64,000 nt of DNA from an uncultured Actinomycetota bacterium (lineage in GTDB: Bacteria > Actinomycetota > Actinomycetes > CAVWCF01): positions 928,001 to 992,000 of the forward strand of contig CAVWCF010000001.1 of assembly GCA_963753435.1 (NCBI GenBank). The letters are read 5' to 3'. Positions 9,142 through 19,390 of this stretch are shown piece after piece. The notes under the pieces were generated by a model that saw only the letters and a list, made by a program, of their open reading frames with translations, did not search any database and was not told where the DNA came from. Every line of letters begins with the position of its first letter. Position 1 is the first letter of the stretch. The position numbers were made by a program, and so were the translations under genes.

Positions 9142-12100
9142 GCGACTGCCCCTTGGGCCAGCGCCGGGTCGGCCTCGTCGGCAACCGCGTCGGCGTCAGG
9201 GTCGGGCCGCCGGCCTGGCAGCGCGGTCAGGACTACGCCGGCCAGAACCAAAGCCTGTGCGAGCAGCCACCAGCCGCGATTGTCGGAGTAGTCCACGCGC
9301 AGCGAACCGCCTTCCGCAGGCAACTGGAACGACTGCGCCCAGCCGGCTTCAGCCCGGGCCAGCGGCTCCCCGCTGAGGGTGGCAGACCAGCCGCCAGCTG
9401 CCGCTTCGGCGATTTCCACGCGTCGTTCAGCCGTGCCCGGCGGAACGACGATCGGACCGGCAACGGGGTCACCCACGAGCTGAATCCGAGTGCCATCGGC
9501 AGCGACCACCGTGGCCACCGAGGGCTCCCCATCGAGCCGCCAAACCGCGACTCCGGTGGCGCCGCTGACCCGCGACAGCCCCGCCGTCTGGGCGAGGCGC
9601 TGCTCGGCCCACGTGGCCACCGGCGCGGCCAGCTGCACGTAGCGGATGCCATGCGCGCGTAGCCGCTCCGCCTCGCCACCGCGAGGCTGACCGCCGAGCA
9701 GGTCGGCCACCAACCCGGCGAGGTCGGCGGTGGCCGCCTCGGCTACCGGTGTGCTGCGCTCAGCGTCGGAAAGGCGCGCACCGCTGCCCCGCAACAAGGC
9801 CCAAGGCGCGGAAGTGCTGGTTCCGCTGGCGGCGTCCGCCGCGATGAGAAGCGTTCGGGCGCCCGCAGTCTCGGCGGCGTCGGCGGCAACGAAAGCCGGG
9901 ACGCTTTCGGCCGGTCCCCGCTGCAACGGGTCGGCAGCGCCGATCCAGATCCAGGCGGTCGCTGCCACCAGCGGGGCAATCAGCCCCAGACCCAGAACCG
10001 CCGCAGCGACAGGTTGACGCCAACCGAAGCCGACCTCACGCAGACGTCGCTCGGCACCTTCCGCGCCAAGCGCCGTGGCCACGATCAGCCCGGCCCCGGC
10101 AACCACCAGACCGGGACCGGCCCACCCCAGCACCGCCGCCCCGACCGTCGGCGGCTGCACGGTGACCACTGAGGCCAGCAGCGCCGCGGCCAGGCCGACG
10201 AGGGCAACAGCCCACGCCCAGGCGATCACGACGGCGTGCCGCCAACGGAGCAGTGCGACCAGCGCACCGAGGACAAGAACCGCACCTACGGGCACGGGTG
10301 TGGACCCCGGCCCGCCCGGGTCCAGCAGCAGCACGCGCCACGCGGGGGTCGCCGGCGACAGCGTCGCGGCGGGTGCGCCCAAGTCGAGGAGCGCCCATTC
10401 TGGGTGCCGCAGCAGCCAAAGCGACCACGGCACCAGCGCCACCACCGGGACAGCTGCCAACGACGCCCGCTTTGCCCAAGCGTCGCGATCTCTGCGACCG
10501 GAGAGTCCCCCTGCCAACAGCAGGAGCACGGCGATCGGCCACACGACCGGCACGAATGCGACGACAACCGAAAGCAGGAGTCCGGCGGCCGCTACCCGGC
10601 GCCAGGTCCCGCCGTCGCGCACAACCGGAAGGGCCGCCGCCGCCAACGGGGGCAGCAACACCAGCAGGACCAGGGTGCCGATGCGCCCAGAAGCCTGGGC
10701 TCCGGTCGCGGCCGGCAGCAGCGCATAGGCAGCCGCCCCCCAGACCCGACCGATGCGGCCGACCCCGAACCTGCCCAGGGCGAAGTACGCGGTTAGCGCC
10801 GCCAGGGGGATCGACAACAAGACCAGCAGGTCGACTGTGACCGCCACCGACCCAAGAGCCAGTCCGGAGGCCGCTGCCAGCACGGCGTAGGCGGGCGGCG
10901 CCGGCAGCGCGGATCCGTCCGCCACCGGATGCCAGGCCTCCAGATACCCGCGCCACAGGTCAGCGGCCCCGGCCGTGGCGGGCAACAGCGCCCCACCGGA
11001 CAGCCAGCCGCCGCCAATCAGTCCCCGCCCCGCCAGGAGCGCGGCGACGACGCCGACGACTGCGATCAGCCACCCCGGCCGTGAAGTCGCACGGCGAAGC
11101 CGCGAATCAGGCTCATCGGAGTCCACGTCTGCCTGCAGCGCTCGTTCGGCGAGCGCGCCCGAGGCCGCGTCCCAAGCGTGCCGAAGCCCGACTCCTGGCG
11201 GCGGCTTCAGATGCCGCAGATCTCGTTCGGACGTCGTGCGCAACTGCCGAGCCGCTGCGCGCGCCCTCCAGACTGATCCGATTTGCCGGTAGAAGCCGAC
11301 CACGGCCCGGAACTCCTCGGCGGCCACACCGGGCTCCTTGGCCACGAGATATCCGATGACCCGGAGCAGGGAGGCGACCAGGATGCCGACCAACTGCAGC
11401 GGGAATTGCCACGCAGGTGCGCGCACCGCGGCGGCGTACAAGGCGGAGCGGCGTTGTGCGGTGTGCCGGGAGGCGTCGGCGTGCCGCCCGGTCGCGGCCG
11501 CATCCGGTCGACGACGGCCATGCGCCATCGCCTCGGCGTGAAACACCACTGCGCTGGGCACCACCGCGACCCGCGCCCCGGCGAGGTTTGCCCGCCAGCC
11601 CAGGTCCAGGTCCTCCCCGAACAGGCGCAGCTGGGGGTCAAATCCCCCGAGCCGGTCCCAGACCTCGCGGCGGATCAGCAGGCCCGGCGAGCCGACGGCG
11701 AGCACGTCCCGCTGCGCATCGTGTTGGCCCTGGTCCTGCTCATGCCGCTCCAGACCGGTTTCGCGGCGCCCCAGCCAGGTTGCCGTCAGACCCACCTCGA
11801 GCAGCCAGTGTCGGTCGTGCCAGGCGATGACTTTGGGGCCGGCCACTGCGATGGAAGGAGCGTCGGCGATGGCAACCAGCAGTTGCTTCAGGGCATCCGG
11901 GGCGGGTGCGCAGTCGTCGTGGAGGACCCAGATGAACTGGTCGTCGTGGTCGACCGGATCCCGGTCGGCGTGGGACAAGCCCGCCGCAATCGCTTCGCCG
12001 AACCCGGTCCCCCGATCCAAGGTGACCACGGACTCCGCTCCCAGGGCGGCGGCCAGGAGCTCGCCGGTGGAATCGGCGGAACCGGTGTCCACGGCGATTA

Positions 12101-12254
12101 CCCGATCCGGGGGGCGGGTCTGTCGCCGTAGGAAGTCCAAGGCCAGCGGGAGCCAGCGCGCACCGTCGTGAGCCACGATGACGGCGGTGACATCCGCCGC
12201 CAGCGGTTCGGCAGGGGCGACGTCGTCGTCGACGGTGAGTAGAAAGTCAGCCAT
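9138..12254 (-). CDS. Large GT2 glycosyltransferase with multi-TM C-terminal region
   Basis: VTAVIVAHDGARWL, AVDTGSAD, WVLHDDCAP, GGFDPQLRLFGEDLDLGWR, then more than 10 hydrophobic helices. Confidence 0.88.
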   Translation of the reverse strand: MADFLLTVDDDVAPAEPLAADVTAVIVAHDGARWLPLALDFLRRQTRPPDRVIAVDTGSADSTGELLAAALGAESVVTLDRGTGFGEAIAAGLSHADRDPVDHDDQFIWVLHDDCAPAPDALKQLLVAIADAPSIAVAGPKVIAWHDRHWLLEVGLTATWLGRRETGLERHEQDQGQHDAQRDVLAVGSPGLLIRREVWDRLGGFDPQLRLFGEDLDLGWRANLAGARVAVVPSAVVFHAEAMAHGRRRPDAAATGRHADASRHTAQRRSALYAAAVRAPAWQFPLQLVGILVASLLRVIGYLVAKEPGVAAEEFRAVVGFYRQIGSVWRARAAARQLRTTSERDLRHLKPPPGVGLRHAWDAASGALAERALQADVDSDEPDSRLRRATSRPGWLIAVVGVVAALLAGRGLIGGGWLSGGALLPATAGAADLWRGYLEAWHPVADGSALPAPPAYAVLAAASGLALGSVAVTVDLLVLLSIPLAALTAYFALGRFGVGRIGRVWGAAAYALLPAATGAQASGRIGTLVLLVLLPPLAAAALPVVRDGGTWRRVAAAGLLLSVVVAFVPVVWPIAVLLLLAGGLSGRRDRDAWAKRASLAAVPVVALVPWSLWLLRHPEWALLDLGAPAATLSPATPAWRVLLLDPGGPGSTPVPVGAVLVLGALVALLRWRHAVVIAWAWAVALVGLAAALLASVVTVQPPTVGAAVLGWAGPGLVVAGAGLIVATALGAEGAERRLREVGFGWRQPVAAAVLGLGLIAPLVAATAWIWIGAADPLQRGPAESVPAFVAADAAETAGARTLLIAADAASGTSTSAPWALLRGSGARLSDAERSTPVAEAATADLAGLVADLLGGQPRGGEAERLRAHGIRYVQLAAPVATWAEQRLAQTAGLSRVSGATGVAVWRLDGEPSVATVVAADGTRIQLVGDPVAGPIVVPPGTAERRVEIAEAAAGGWSATLSGEPLARAEAGWAQSFQLPAEGGSLRVDYSDNRGWWLLAQALVLAGVVLTALPGRRPDPDADAVADEADPALAQGAVA

Positions 12255-12303
12255 GGGCGCGTTGGGGCCGGGCCCCGGGCCCACACCCTATGCGAGGGTT
12301 GGC

Positions 12304-12318
12304 GACGTCCAGGACGTC
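12304..12318. promoter_or_regulatory. Perfect 15-bp palindrome GACGTCC-A-GGACGTC, candidate operator upstream of the GT2 gene
   Basis: Seen directly between whiB and GT2, 13 nt upstream of a TAGGGT -10-like hexamer (12285-12290, minus strand). Confidence 0.35.
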
Positions 12319-12346
12319 AAAGTGCGGCAGATGCGCCAGTCGGCGG

Positions 12347-12607
12347 TCAGACCGCAGCCGCGCGCTTGAGGCGACGGCGCTCACGCTCGGACAACCCGCC
12401 CCAGATCCCGAACCGTTCGTCGTTGGCGAGTGCGTACTCCAAACACTCCGCCTGGACTTCGCATCCGGAGCACACCCGCTTCGCCTCCCGGGTGGATCCC
12501 CCCTTCTCCGGGAAGAAGGACTCCGGGTCGGTCTGTGCGCACAGGGCGCGGTCCTGCCAATCGACCTGGTCTTCTCCTCCGCGAACGAGTGGGAACACCG
12601 TGCTCAT
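12347..12607 (-). CDS. whiB: WhiB-family Fe-S transcription factor (WhiB/WhiB2 type)
   Basis: WQDRALCAQTDPESFFPEKGGSTREAKRVCSGCEVQAECLEYAL..ERFGIWGGLSERERR; GAGAGG RBS. Confidence 0.95.
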   Translation of the reverse strand: MSTVFPLVRGGEDQVDWQDRALCAQTDPESFFPEKGGSTREAKRVCSGCEVQAECLEYALANDERFGIWGGLSERERRRLKRAAAV

Positions 12608-12655
12608 CGCGATTCCTCTCGACCCAGCCACCATGGGACGGCGGCGTTAGGGGGT

Positions 12656-12685
12656 ATTACATGCTTGTCATTCACGTGCGGTCAA
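12656..12685 (-). promoter_or_regulatory. Sigma-A-like promoter of whiB (TTGACC-N18-TGTAAT)
   Basis: Minus strand reads ttgacc gcacgtgaatgacaagca tgtaat in an AT-richer patch about 50 nt upstream of the whiB ATG. Confidence 0.55.
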
Positions 12686-12791
12686 GAGGAAGAGCCAATC
12701 TGCGGTGGACTAACGACCCGAAAACGCCTGAATCATGCCTAATCCGGTCAAATCATCTGATCGACGGCGCCGGCCCGCCAGATGAGCCGGA

Positions 12792-15290
12792 TCAGTTCGC
12801 CAGACCGGAGAGCACGTCGCCGTAGCAAGTGGTCCGCTGCCGCGGCCGGCGACCGATTGAGTCGATCAGCGCCGTCAACTGTTGCGGCGTGCGCGCCGAG
12901 CCGTGCCCGGACCCAGCCATCCGGGAGATCGTCTCCTCCATCAGGGTGCCGCCAAGGTCGTTGACGCCACCCGTCAGGACCGCCCGGCAGCCCTCGTCGC
13001 CCAACTTCACCCAGGAGCACTGGATGTTGTTGATGCGGCCGTGCAGCAGCAGTCGGGCCACTGCGTGCACGGCCCGGTTGTCGCGCATGGTGGGTCCGGG
13101 TCGGGCCACGCCCGCCAGGTAGAGCGGTGCGGACTGATGCACGAACGGCAGGGGTACGAACTCGGTGAAACCGCCGGTCTCGTCCTGGGTCGCGGCCAGG
13201 GTCCGCAGGTGAGCCACCCAATGGACCGGTGAGTCCACGTGCCCGTACATCATCGTTGAACTGCTGGGCAGGCCAACCTCGTGGGCGGTGCGGATGACGT
13301 CCAGCCAGTCAGCGGCCGGCAGCTTGCCCTTGGTCAGGATCCAGCGAACGTCGTCGTCCAGGATCTCCGCCGCCGTACCCGGGATGGAGTCGACCCCGGC
13401 CGCCTTCGCCTCCAGCAGCCACTCCCGCACGCTGATTCCGAGCCTGGTTGCGCCGTTGGCGACCTCCATCGGGCTGAAGGCGTGCAGATGAATATCCGGC
13501 GCGGCTTGCTTCACTGCGCGGGCCAATTCGAAATAGGCCGAGCCGGGGAGATCCGGGTGGATGCCGCCCTGCATGCAGATCTCCGTGGCACCGACATCGG
13601 CCGCCTCGCGCACCCGCTGCCGGACCTGATCCAGCGACAACGTGAACGCGTCCGGATCGTTGCGGCGCTGCGCGAACGCGCAGAAACGACAGCCGGTGTA
13701 GCAGACGTTGGTGAAGTTGATGTTCCGGTTGAGGACGAACGTGACGTCCTCGCCGACGGAATCCGCCCGCACCTGGTCTGCCAGCCGCGTCAACTCCGCC
13801 AACTGCGCGCCGTCGCAGGTCAGCAGGTCCAGGTACTCCGCGTCGCTGAGCCCGGCGGGATCGATAGCCGCGTGCCGCAGCGCCGCTGCGAAATCCCCCG
13901 ACACAGCCGCGGGCACGCTCGCCGGAACCGCCGCGGCCACGCTGGCCCAGTCGCCGAACACGTCGCCGACGTCGGAACGCGACTCAGCCCGACGACCGGC
14001 GCGGTCGATGTCCACGTTCAGATCCACCCGGCCGGCCGCCCCGGTCGGGTAGCCACCATCGGGCTCCTGCCAGGGCCGGCCCACGGGCAACCGGGTGCCC
14101 GCCAGCCCGGACGGATCGGCCAGGGCCGCCACGTGACCAGCCACCCGCGGGTCGATCCAAGGCTCCCCGGCGAGCACGTACTCCGGGTGCACCGTCAGTC
14201 GTTCGACCAGTTGCATGCCCTGCCCGGCCACCGTCTGGGCGAGTTCGTCCAACTGCGGCCACGGCCGCTCCGGGTTGACGTGGTCCGGGGTGATCGGCGA
14301 GATCCCCCCAAGGTCGTCCACCCCTGCGGCCAGCAGTCGGGGCACGTCCGCGCCCTCCACGAGATTCGGCGGGGCCTGCAGTCGCAGACCCGGGCCAAGC
14401 AGCAGCCGGGCCACGGCCAGGGTGGCCAGGTACTCCTCGACGGCCAGGTCCGGCTCGGCCCGCATCGCGGTATCGGCCTTGGCCCGGAAGTTCTGCACGA
14501 GGACTTCCTGGATGCCGCCGTACTCGCGAGCGACCTTTCGCAGGGTCAAGATCCCGTCGACCCGTTCGGCGGCAGTCTCGCCGATCCCCACCAGCAATCC
14601 GGTGGTGAAGGGGATCGCCAACCGCCCGGCGTCCTGCAAGACGCGTAGCCGGACCGCAGGTTCCTTGTCGGGCGACCCGTAGTGCGGTCCGCCTGGTTGC
14701 GACCACAGCCGGGTCGCGGTCGTCTCCAACATCATCCCCATCGACGGGGCCACCGGCTTGAGTTGGGCAAGTTCCCGCCACGACATGACACCGGGGTTCA
14801 GGTGCGGCAGCAGGCCGGTCTCCTCCAGCACCAGGACCGCCATGGCCCGCACATAGGCGAGCGTGCTGTCGTAGCCGCGGGCGTCCAACCACTCGGCCGC
14901 TTGCGGCCAACGCTCCTCCGGCCGGTCCCCCAGCGTGAAGAGCGCCTCCTTGCAGCCGACCGCAGCGGCCTTGGCCGCGATTTCCAGTACCTCCTCCGGC
15001 GCCAGGAACGGTGCGGGCACTTGTCCGGGGACGGTGGCGAACGTGCAGTAGTGGCAGCGGTCCCGACATAGCCGGGTAAGCGGGATGAACGCCTTGCGCG
15101 AGTACGTGACCATCCCGGGGCGCCCGGCGGACACCAGGCCGGCGTCCCGCACCGCGGCGGCGGCACCCATCAACTCCACCAGCGCTTCGCCGCGGGCCGC
15201 GAGCAGGTGCGTCGACTCTTCGGCGTCGAGAGTCTGCGCACGCTCCACGCGCCGCATCGCGCGCAGCAGCAGGCGCTCCGCCTGGGACAT
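12792..15290 (-). CDS. fbiC: Bifunctional FO synthase (CofG-CofH fusion)
   Basis: Two radical-SAM motifs, CRDRCHYC and CYTGCRFC; [49 protein letters not shown]. Confidence 0.95.
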   Translation of the reverse strand: MSQAERLLLRAMRRVERAQTLDAEESTHLLAARGEALVELMGAAAAVRDAGLVSAGRPGMVTYSRKAFIPLTRLCRDRCHYCTFATVPGQVPAPFLAPEEVLEIAAKAAAVGCKEALFTLGDRPEERWPQAAEWLDARGYDSTLAYVRAMAVLVLEETGLLPHLNPGVMSWRELAQLKPVAPSMGMMLETTATRLWSQPGGPHYGSPDKEPAVRLRVLQDAGRLAIPFTTGLLVGIGETAAERVDGILTLRKVAREYGGIQEVLVQNFRAKADTAMRAEPDLAVEEYLATLAVARLLLGPGLRLQAPPNLVEGADVPRLLAAGVDDLGGISPITPDHVNPERPWPQLDELAQTVAGQGMQLVERLTVHPEYVLAGEPWIDPRVAGHVAALADPSGLAGTRLPVGRPWQEPDGGYPTGAAGRVDLNVDIDRAGRRAESRSDVGDVFGDWASVAAAVPASVPAAVSGDFAAALRHAAIDPAGLSDAEYLDLLTCDGAQLAELTRLADQVRADSVGEDVTFVLNRNINFTNVCYTGCRFCAFAQRRNDPDAFTLSLDQVRQRVREAADVGATEICMQGGIHPDLPGSAYFELARAVKQAAPDIHLHAFSPMEVANGATRLGISVREWLLEAKAAGVDSIPGTAAEILDDDVRWILTKGKLPAADWLDVIRTAHEVGLPSSSTMMYGHVDSPVHWVAHLRTLAATQDETGGFTEFVPLPFVHQSAPLYLAGVARPGPTMRDNRAVHAVARLLLHGRINNIQCSWVKLGDEGCRAVLTGGVNDLGGTLMEETISRMAGSGHGSARTPQQLTALIDSIGRRPRQRTTCYGDVLSGLAN

Positions 15291-15296
15291 GACCGA

Positions 15297-15323
15297 ACCC
15301 TACGGGCGGGGTGCAGGCAGACT
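15297..15323. promoter_or_regulatory. Back-to-back leaderless promoters of fbiC and fbiA
   Basis: Minus TAGGGT-N6-ATG (fbiC) and plus CAGACT-N6-GTG (fbiA) within a 39-bp intergenic gap lacking an SD. Confidence 0.6.
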
Positions 15324-15329
15324 GACCGC

Positions 15330-16268
15330 GTGCGTATCACCGTGCTGGCCGGCGGGATCGGCGGAGCCCGCTTTGTCCGCGGTCTGCGGCGGGCCGAACC
15401 CGACGCCGAGATCACCGTCATCGGCAACACCGGTGACGATCTGTGGTTGCACGGTCTGCGGGTGTGTCCGGACCTCGACACGCTCATGTACACGCTCGGC
15501 GGAGGTGTTCACAATGAACAGGGCTGGGGCCGTGCCGATGAGACCTTCTCCGTAGCGTCCGAACTTCAGGCCTACGAGGTCGAGGGCACGTGGTTCTCCC
15601 TCGGGGATCGGGACATTGCCACCCACCTGGTCCGCTCCCAGATGTTGCGGGCGGGGTACCCGCTTTCCGACGTGACCGCTGCCCTCTGCCGCCGCTGGCA
15701 GCCCGGCGTAACGCTGTTGCCCATGTCCGACGACCGGGTGGAGACCCACGTCGTGCTCGACGACGGCGGGGAACGCCGCGCCGTGCACTTTCAGGAGTGG
15801 TGGGTGCGCCTCCGCGCCGAGGTACCGGCGGCCGAATTCGCTTTCGTCGGCATTGAGGATGCCGCGCCGGCGCCCGGCGTCCTTGGCGCGTTGGCGCAAG
15901 CGGACGCGATCCTGCTGGCCCCCAGCAACCCGGTCGTCAGCCTGGGGCCGATCCTGGCCGTGCCCGGGCTGCGCGCCGCTCTCACCGACGCACCAGCCGC
16001 AGTCGTCGGGGTGTCCCCGATCATCGAGGGTCGCGCAGTGCGCGGCATGGCCGAGGCCTGCTTGACGGCGACCGGCGTCGAGGTGTCCGCAGCCGGCGTC
16101 GGTTCCCTGTGGGCGGACCTGCTGTCCGGCTGGTTGGTGGCCCCGCAGGACGCCGGAACCCAGGTTGAGTCAGTAACGGTCCGCGAAGTGCCGCTACTCA
16201 TGAGCGACGAGACCGCCGCGGCGGACCTGGCCGCTGCCGCTGTCGCGCTGTCGCGGGAACTGGCGTGA
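15330..16268 (+). CDS. fbiA: 2-phospho-L-lactate/phosphoenolpyruvate transferase (CofD)
   Basis: VRITVLAGGIGGARF, NTGDD..HGLRVCPDLDT, WFSLGDRD, HFQEWWV, APSNPVVS. Confidence 0.95.
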   Translation: MRITVLAGGIGGARFVRGLRRAEPDAEITVIGNTGDDLWLHGLRVCPDLDTLMYTLGGGVHNEQGWGRADETFSVASELQAYEVEGTWFSLGDRDIATHLVRSQMLRAGYPLSDVTAALCRRWQPGVTLLPMSDDRVETHVVLDDGGERRAVHFQEWWVRLRAEVPAAEFAFVGIEDAAPAPGVLGALAQADAILLAPSNPVVSLGPILAVPGLRAALTDAPAAVVGVSPIIEGRAVRGMAEACLTATGVEVSAAGVGSLWADLLSGWLVAPQDAGTQVESVTVREVPLLMSDETAAADLAAAAVALSRELA

Positions 16269-17533
16269 GCATCCGCATAGACGCCGTCACCGGCATCGGC
16301 GAGATCCGGGACGGCGACGACCTGGCTGCCTTGCTGGCCGCGGCAATGCCGGACCTGGCGACGAACGACGTGCTGGTGGTCAGCAGCAAGGCCGTGGCCA
16401 AGGCCGAGGGTCGGGTTGTGCGCATGAACCGGGATCAGGCCGTGGCCGCCGAGACGGTTTCCGTCGTGGCCCGCCGAGCGGGCACGCGAATCGTGCGCAC
16501 GAGTCACGGGCTGGTCCTGGCCGCTGCCGGCGTGGATGAGTCGAATACGGCACCGGGCACCGTGGTCCTGCTACCGAAAGACCCCGACGCCAGCGCGATG
16601 CGGATCCGCGCCGGCATCAACGCAGCCCTCGGCGTCGACGTCGCTGTCGTCGTCTCCGATACGGCCGGCCGCCCGTGGCGGCGCGGGCAGACCGACATCG
16701 CTATCGGCTGCGCCGGGCTGGACCCGCTGCTGGATCTACGTGGCCAGACAGATCAGCACGGCCGGGTGCTGACGGTGACGTTGACCGCCGTCGCCGACGA
16801 GTTGGCGGCCGCCGCGGATCTGGCCAAGGGCAAGGCCAGCGGCTGCCCGGCTGCCCGCATCCGCGGCTGGGACGGCGGGGTTCCGGAGAGCGGCACTGCG
16901 GCCCGTGAACTCATCCGGGGCCGAGACGAAGACCTCTTCGCCTACGGGCCGCACGAGTTACTGCTGGCCCGCCGCACCGTCCGCGAGTTCGACGACCGAC
17001 CAGTGCCCGCGGCGGTTCTGGACCGGGCTCTGGCAGCAGCCGGTGTGGCACCGGCCCCGCACCACGCCCGGCCTTGGCGCTTCGTGGTCCTGAGCCGCGA
17101 GACCACCACGCGGCTGCTGGACGAGATGGCCGAGCAGTGGCGTGCGGATCTGCGTGGCGATGGCCTTGACGACGTTGCCGTTGAGCGACGGGTGTCGCGC
17201 GGCAACGTCTTGCGTGACGTCCCTGGCCTGCTCGTTCCCTGCCTGGACACCTCCGCTGCCCACGAGTACCCCGACCCCCGCAGATCGGCGGCTGAGGAAC
17301 GCATGTTCTGGCTGGCCGGCGGTGCCGCGATTCAGAACCTGCTGCTGTCACTGACCGCCGATGGCGTGGGCAGCGCCTGGGTGTCGTCGACTTTGTTCGC
17401 CCCGGCGGTCGCGCGCCGGGTGCTGCACCTTGACGGTCACCTTCAGCCAATGGGCGCAGTCGCCTACGGCTACCCGGCGCGAAGCCTCCCCACCCGGGAC
17501 GACCCCGCCGCCGATCTGCGCCTGGACCGCTGA
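16265..17533 (+). CDS. fbiB: Coenzyme F420-0:L-glutamate ligase with C-terminal nitroreductase-like domain
   Basis: VVSSKAVAKAEGR, AAAGVDESN, SDTAGRPWRRGQTDIAIG, ADELAAAADL; C-terminal RRTVREF..APAPHHARPWRF; GTGA overlap with fbiA. Confidence 0.93.
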   Translation: MSIRIDAVTGIGEIRDGDDLAALLAAAMPDLATNDVLVVSSKAVAKAEGRVVRMNRDQAVAAETVSVVARRAGTRIVRTSHGLVLAAAGVDESNTAPGTVVLLPKDPDASAMRIRAGINAALGVDVAVVVSDTAGRPWRRGQTDIAIGCAGLDPLLDLRGQTDQHGRVLTVTLTAVADELAAAADLAKGKASGCPAARIRGWDGGVPESGTAARELIRGRDEDLFAYGPHELLLARRTVREFDDRPVPAAVLDRALAAAGVAPAPHHARPWRFVVLSRETTTRLLDEMAEQWRADLRGDGLDDVAVERRVSRGNVLRDVPGLLVPCLDTSAAHEYPDPRRSAAEERMFWLAGGAAIQNLLLSLTADGVGSAWVSSTLFAPAVARRVLHLDGHLQPMGAVAYGYPARSLPTRDDPAADLRLDR

Positions 17534-17537
17534 GCGA

Positions 17538-18425
17538 TCACCGATTGCGGTGGTCAAGCGGGGCGTAGCGCGGGCCGCGGCGCGGCGGATGCGGCGCAAA
17601 CAGCTCCAGCAATCGCGTCACCCGGTACCGATGTGGGCGAAACTCGGCAAGCAGTTCCAGCATCCGATCGTCATCGGCGGCAGTGTCGGCGGCCAACGCA
17701 TACGCGACCAGTTTGGGCAGATGAAAGTCACCGACACTGACTGCATCAGCATCACCACAAGCCCGTTGCCGCACCTCGGCCGAGGTCCAGGCCCCGAGGC
17801 CACGGATCGAGGTCAAGGCGATATCGAGTTGCTTGCTGTCAGTCGCGAAGCGCTGCAGGGAATCGGCCACGGCCGCCGCGCGCCGAAGCGTGTGCATTCG
17901 CTCCGGGCCGACACCGGCACGGTGGTATTCCCAGTCCGGGATGGCGTGCCACACAGCTGCCGGCGGTGGTGCAGTGAGGCCCTCGGGCGCGGGTCCGGGC
18001 GCCTGCTGGCCATGGCCGACGACGAGCGCCCTCCAACTTCGCCGTGACTCCAGTCCGGTGACCTTCTGCTCCAGGATCGCGGCGGCCAGCGCTTCCCAGA
18101 CGTGCCCGGTCGCTCCCACCCGCAGTCCACCGCTGGTTCGCCACGCCTGCGCCACGACGGGATGCTGCGGTTGAAAAGACTCGATCTCGTCGGTTCTGCC
18201 CAGGAGCGAATCGACCCGGTCGCGAACCCAAGCTGCTCCCGGTCCCCACTCCTTGGAGCTGACCGAGCCATCGGTTTCGGTGAGCAGTTGGGTGGCCGGT
18301 CCGGCCGGGGTCCACGTGGCACGCCAGTAGCCGGCGGCGTCGACCAGGACCGCCGGGTCCCACCGGCCGCGTCGATTGGGCGACAGCACCTGCTGCCAGC
18401 GCCCCGGCGCCTTCGGAGCGGTCAC
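17538..18425 (-). CDS. HhH-GPD DNA glycosylase (3-methyladenine glycosylase/AlkA-like)
   Basis: WRATWTPAGP, AILEQKVTG, LTSIRGLGAWTSAEV (HhH), GDADAVSVGDFHL, MLELLAEFRPHRYR. Confidence 0.82.
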   Translation of the reverse strand: MTAPKAPGRWQQVLSPNRRGRWDPAVLVDAAGYWRATWTPAGPATQLLTETDGSVSSKEWGPGAAWVRDRVDSLLGRTDEIESFQPQHPVVAQAWRTSGGLRVGATGHVWEALAAAILEQKVTGLESRRSWRALVVGHGQQAPGPAPEGLTAPPPAAVWHAIPDWEYHRAGVGPERMHTLRRAAAVADSLQRFATDSKQLDIALTSIRGLGAWTSAEVRQRACGDADAVSVGDFHLPKLVAYALAADTAADDDRMLELLAEFRPHRYRVTRLLELFAPHPPRRGPRYAPLDHRNR

Positions 18426-19357
18426 TGTGCTTGCCGTCGGCGCAACCAGAACAACCCGGCACCGGCGCCGAGCAGATCAGCGCCCGTGTGGACGAGGCGA
18501 CTGGCCACCACAACCAAGGCCACCGCACCTGCTGGCAACAGTGGCGCCAGCAGCGCGGCGAGGACCGCCTCGCGGGCCCCCAGCCCGGCCGGTGCGAAGA
18601 AGACGGTGACAGCCGCGAATACGAAACCTGCTGTCCAGGCCATGGCGAAGACCCCGGTCATCCGGGCGATCGGGGCGTCCGTAGCGAGCGGATCCACCAG
18701 AAACCACAACGAGGCGCCGTAGGCCGCCCAGGCGCCGAGCAGCCATGCGACACCACCGAGAAGTCCGGTCCAAGACGGCTGGCTCACCTGATCGGGTCGA
18801 AGTCCGCGCCGCTTCTCCCAAGCGCCAAGCAGGCGGCCAAGCACCCGTGGGTGGAGCAGCACAATCGCCAACGGGACGATCAGCAGGAACCAAGCGAACG
18901 AGGCGACCCCGTCGCCGACGATTGCCAAGAGTCCGACTCCGACGAGCGCACCCGTGCCGGCGTGGACCAGCACAAAGGACCCACTGACCGCGACTGCCTG
19001 CGCTGACGGGACCCCATACCGAGCTGACAGCGCGACTTGAGCCGCGTACGGCCACACGCTGCCGGGCACGTACTTGCCTGACTGCGCGACGAAGAACACG
19101 CTGGCGCTGTCGCGCCACGACAGCCGGCTGCCCAGGCCAGCAAGCAACTGCCGCCACGAGCCGAGGGTGCACAGCAGCCCCGCGGCCGCGAACACGAACG
19201 ACGCAACGAAACCGCCGACGCCGATTTCGGCTACGGCCTGCCTTGCCGCGTCCTGATCCTGCTGCAGCGCTCGCAGCAGGAACCAGACGACGGCGAGCAC
19301 ATAGGCGACACCCGCGATCCGAAGCACCCGCCGCCACACGGGAGCAGCATGTCCCAT
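18422..19357 (-). CDS. Lysylphosphatidylglycerol-synthase-TM (UPF0104) flippase-like membrane protein
   Basis: WRQLLAGLG, FFVAQSGKYVPGSVW, APAGLGAREAVL, SRLV; about 8 TM helices. Start position uncertain. Confidence 0.8.
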   Translation of the reverse strand: MGHAAPVWRRVLRIAGVAYVLAVVWFLLRALQQDQDAARQAVAEIGVGGFVASFVFAAAGLLCTLGSWRQLLAGLGSRLSWRDSASVFFVAQSGKYVPGSVWPYAAQVALSARYGVPSAQAVAVSGSFVLVHAGTGALVGVGLLAIVGDGVASFAWFLLIVPLAIVLLHPRVLGRLLGAWEKRRGLRPDQVSQPSWTGLLGGVAWLLGAWAAYGASLWFLVDPLATDAPIARMTGVFAMAWTAGFVFAAVTVFFAPAGLGAREAVLAALLAPLLPAGAVALVVVASRLVHTGADLLGAGAGLFWLRRRQAQ

Positions 19358-19390
19358 GGCTACGGCGCTTCGGGCTGGCATGCTGCGGCG

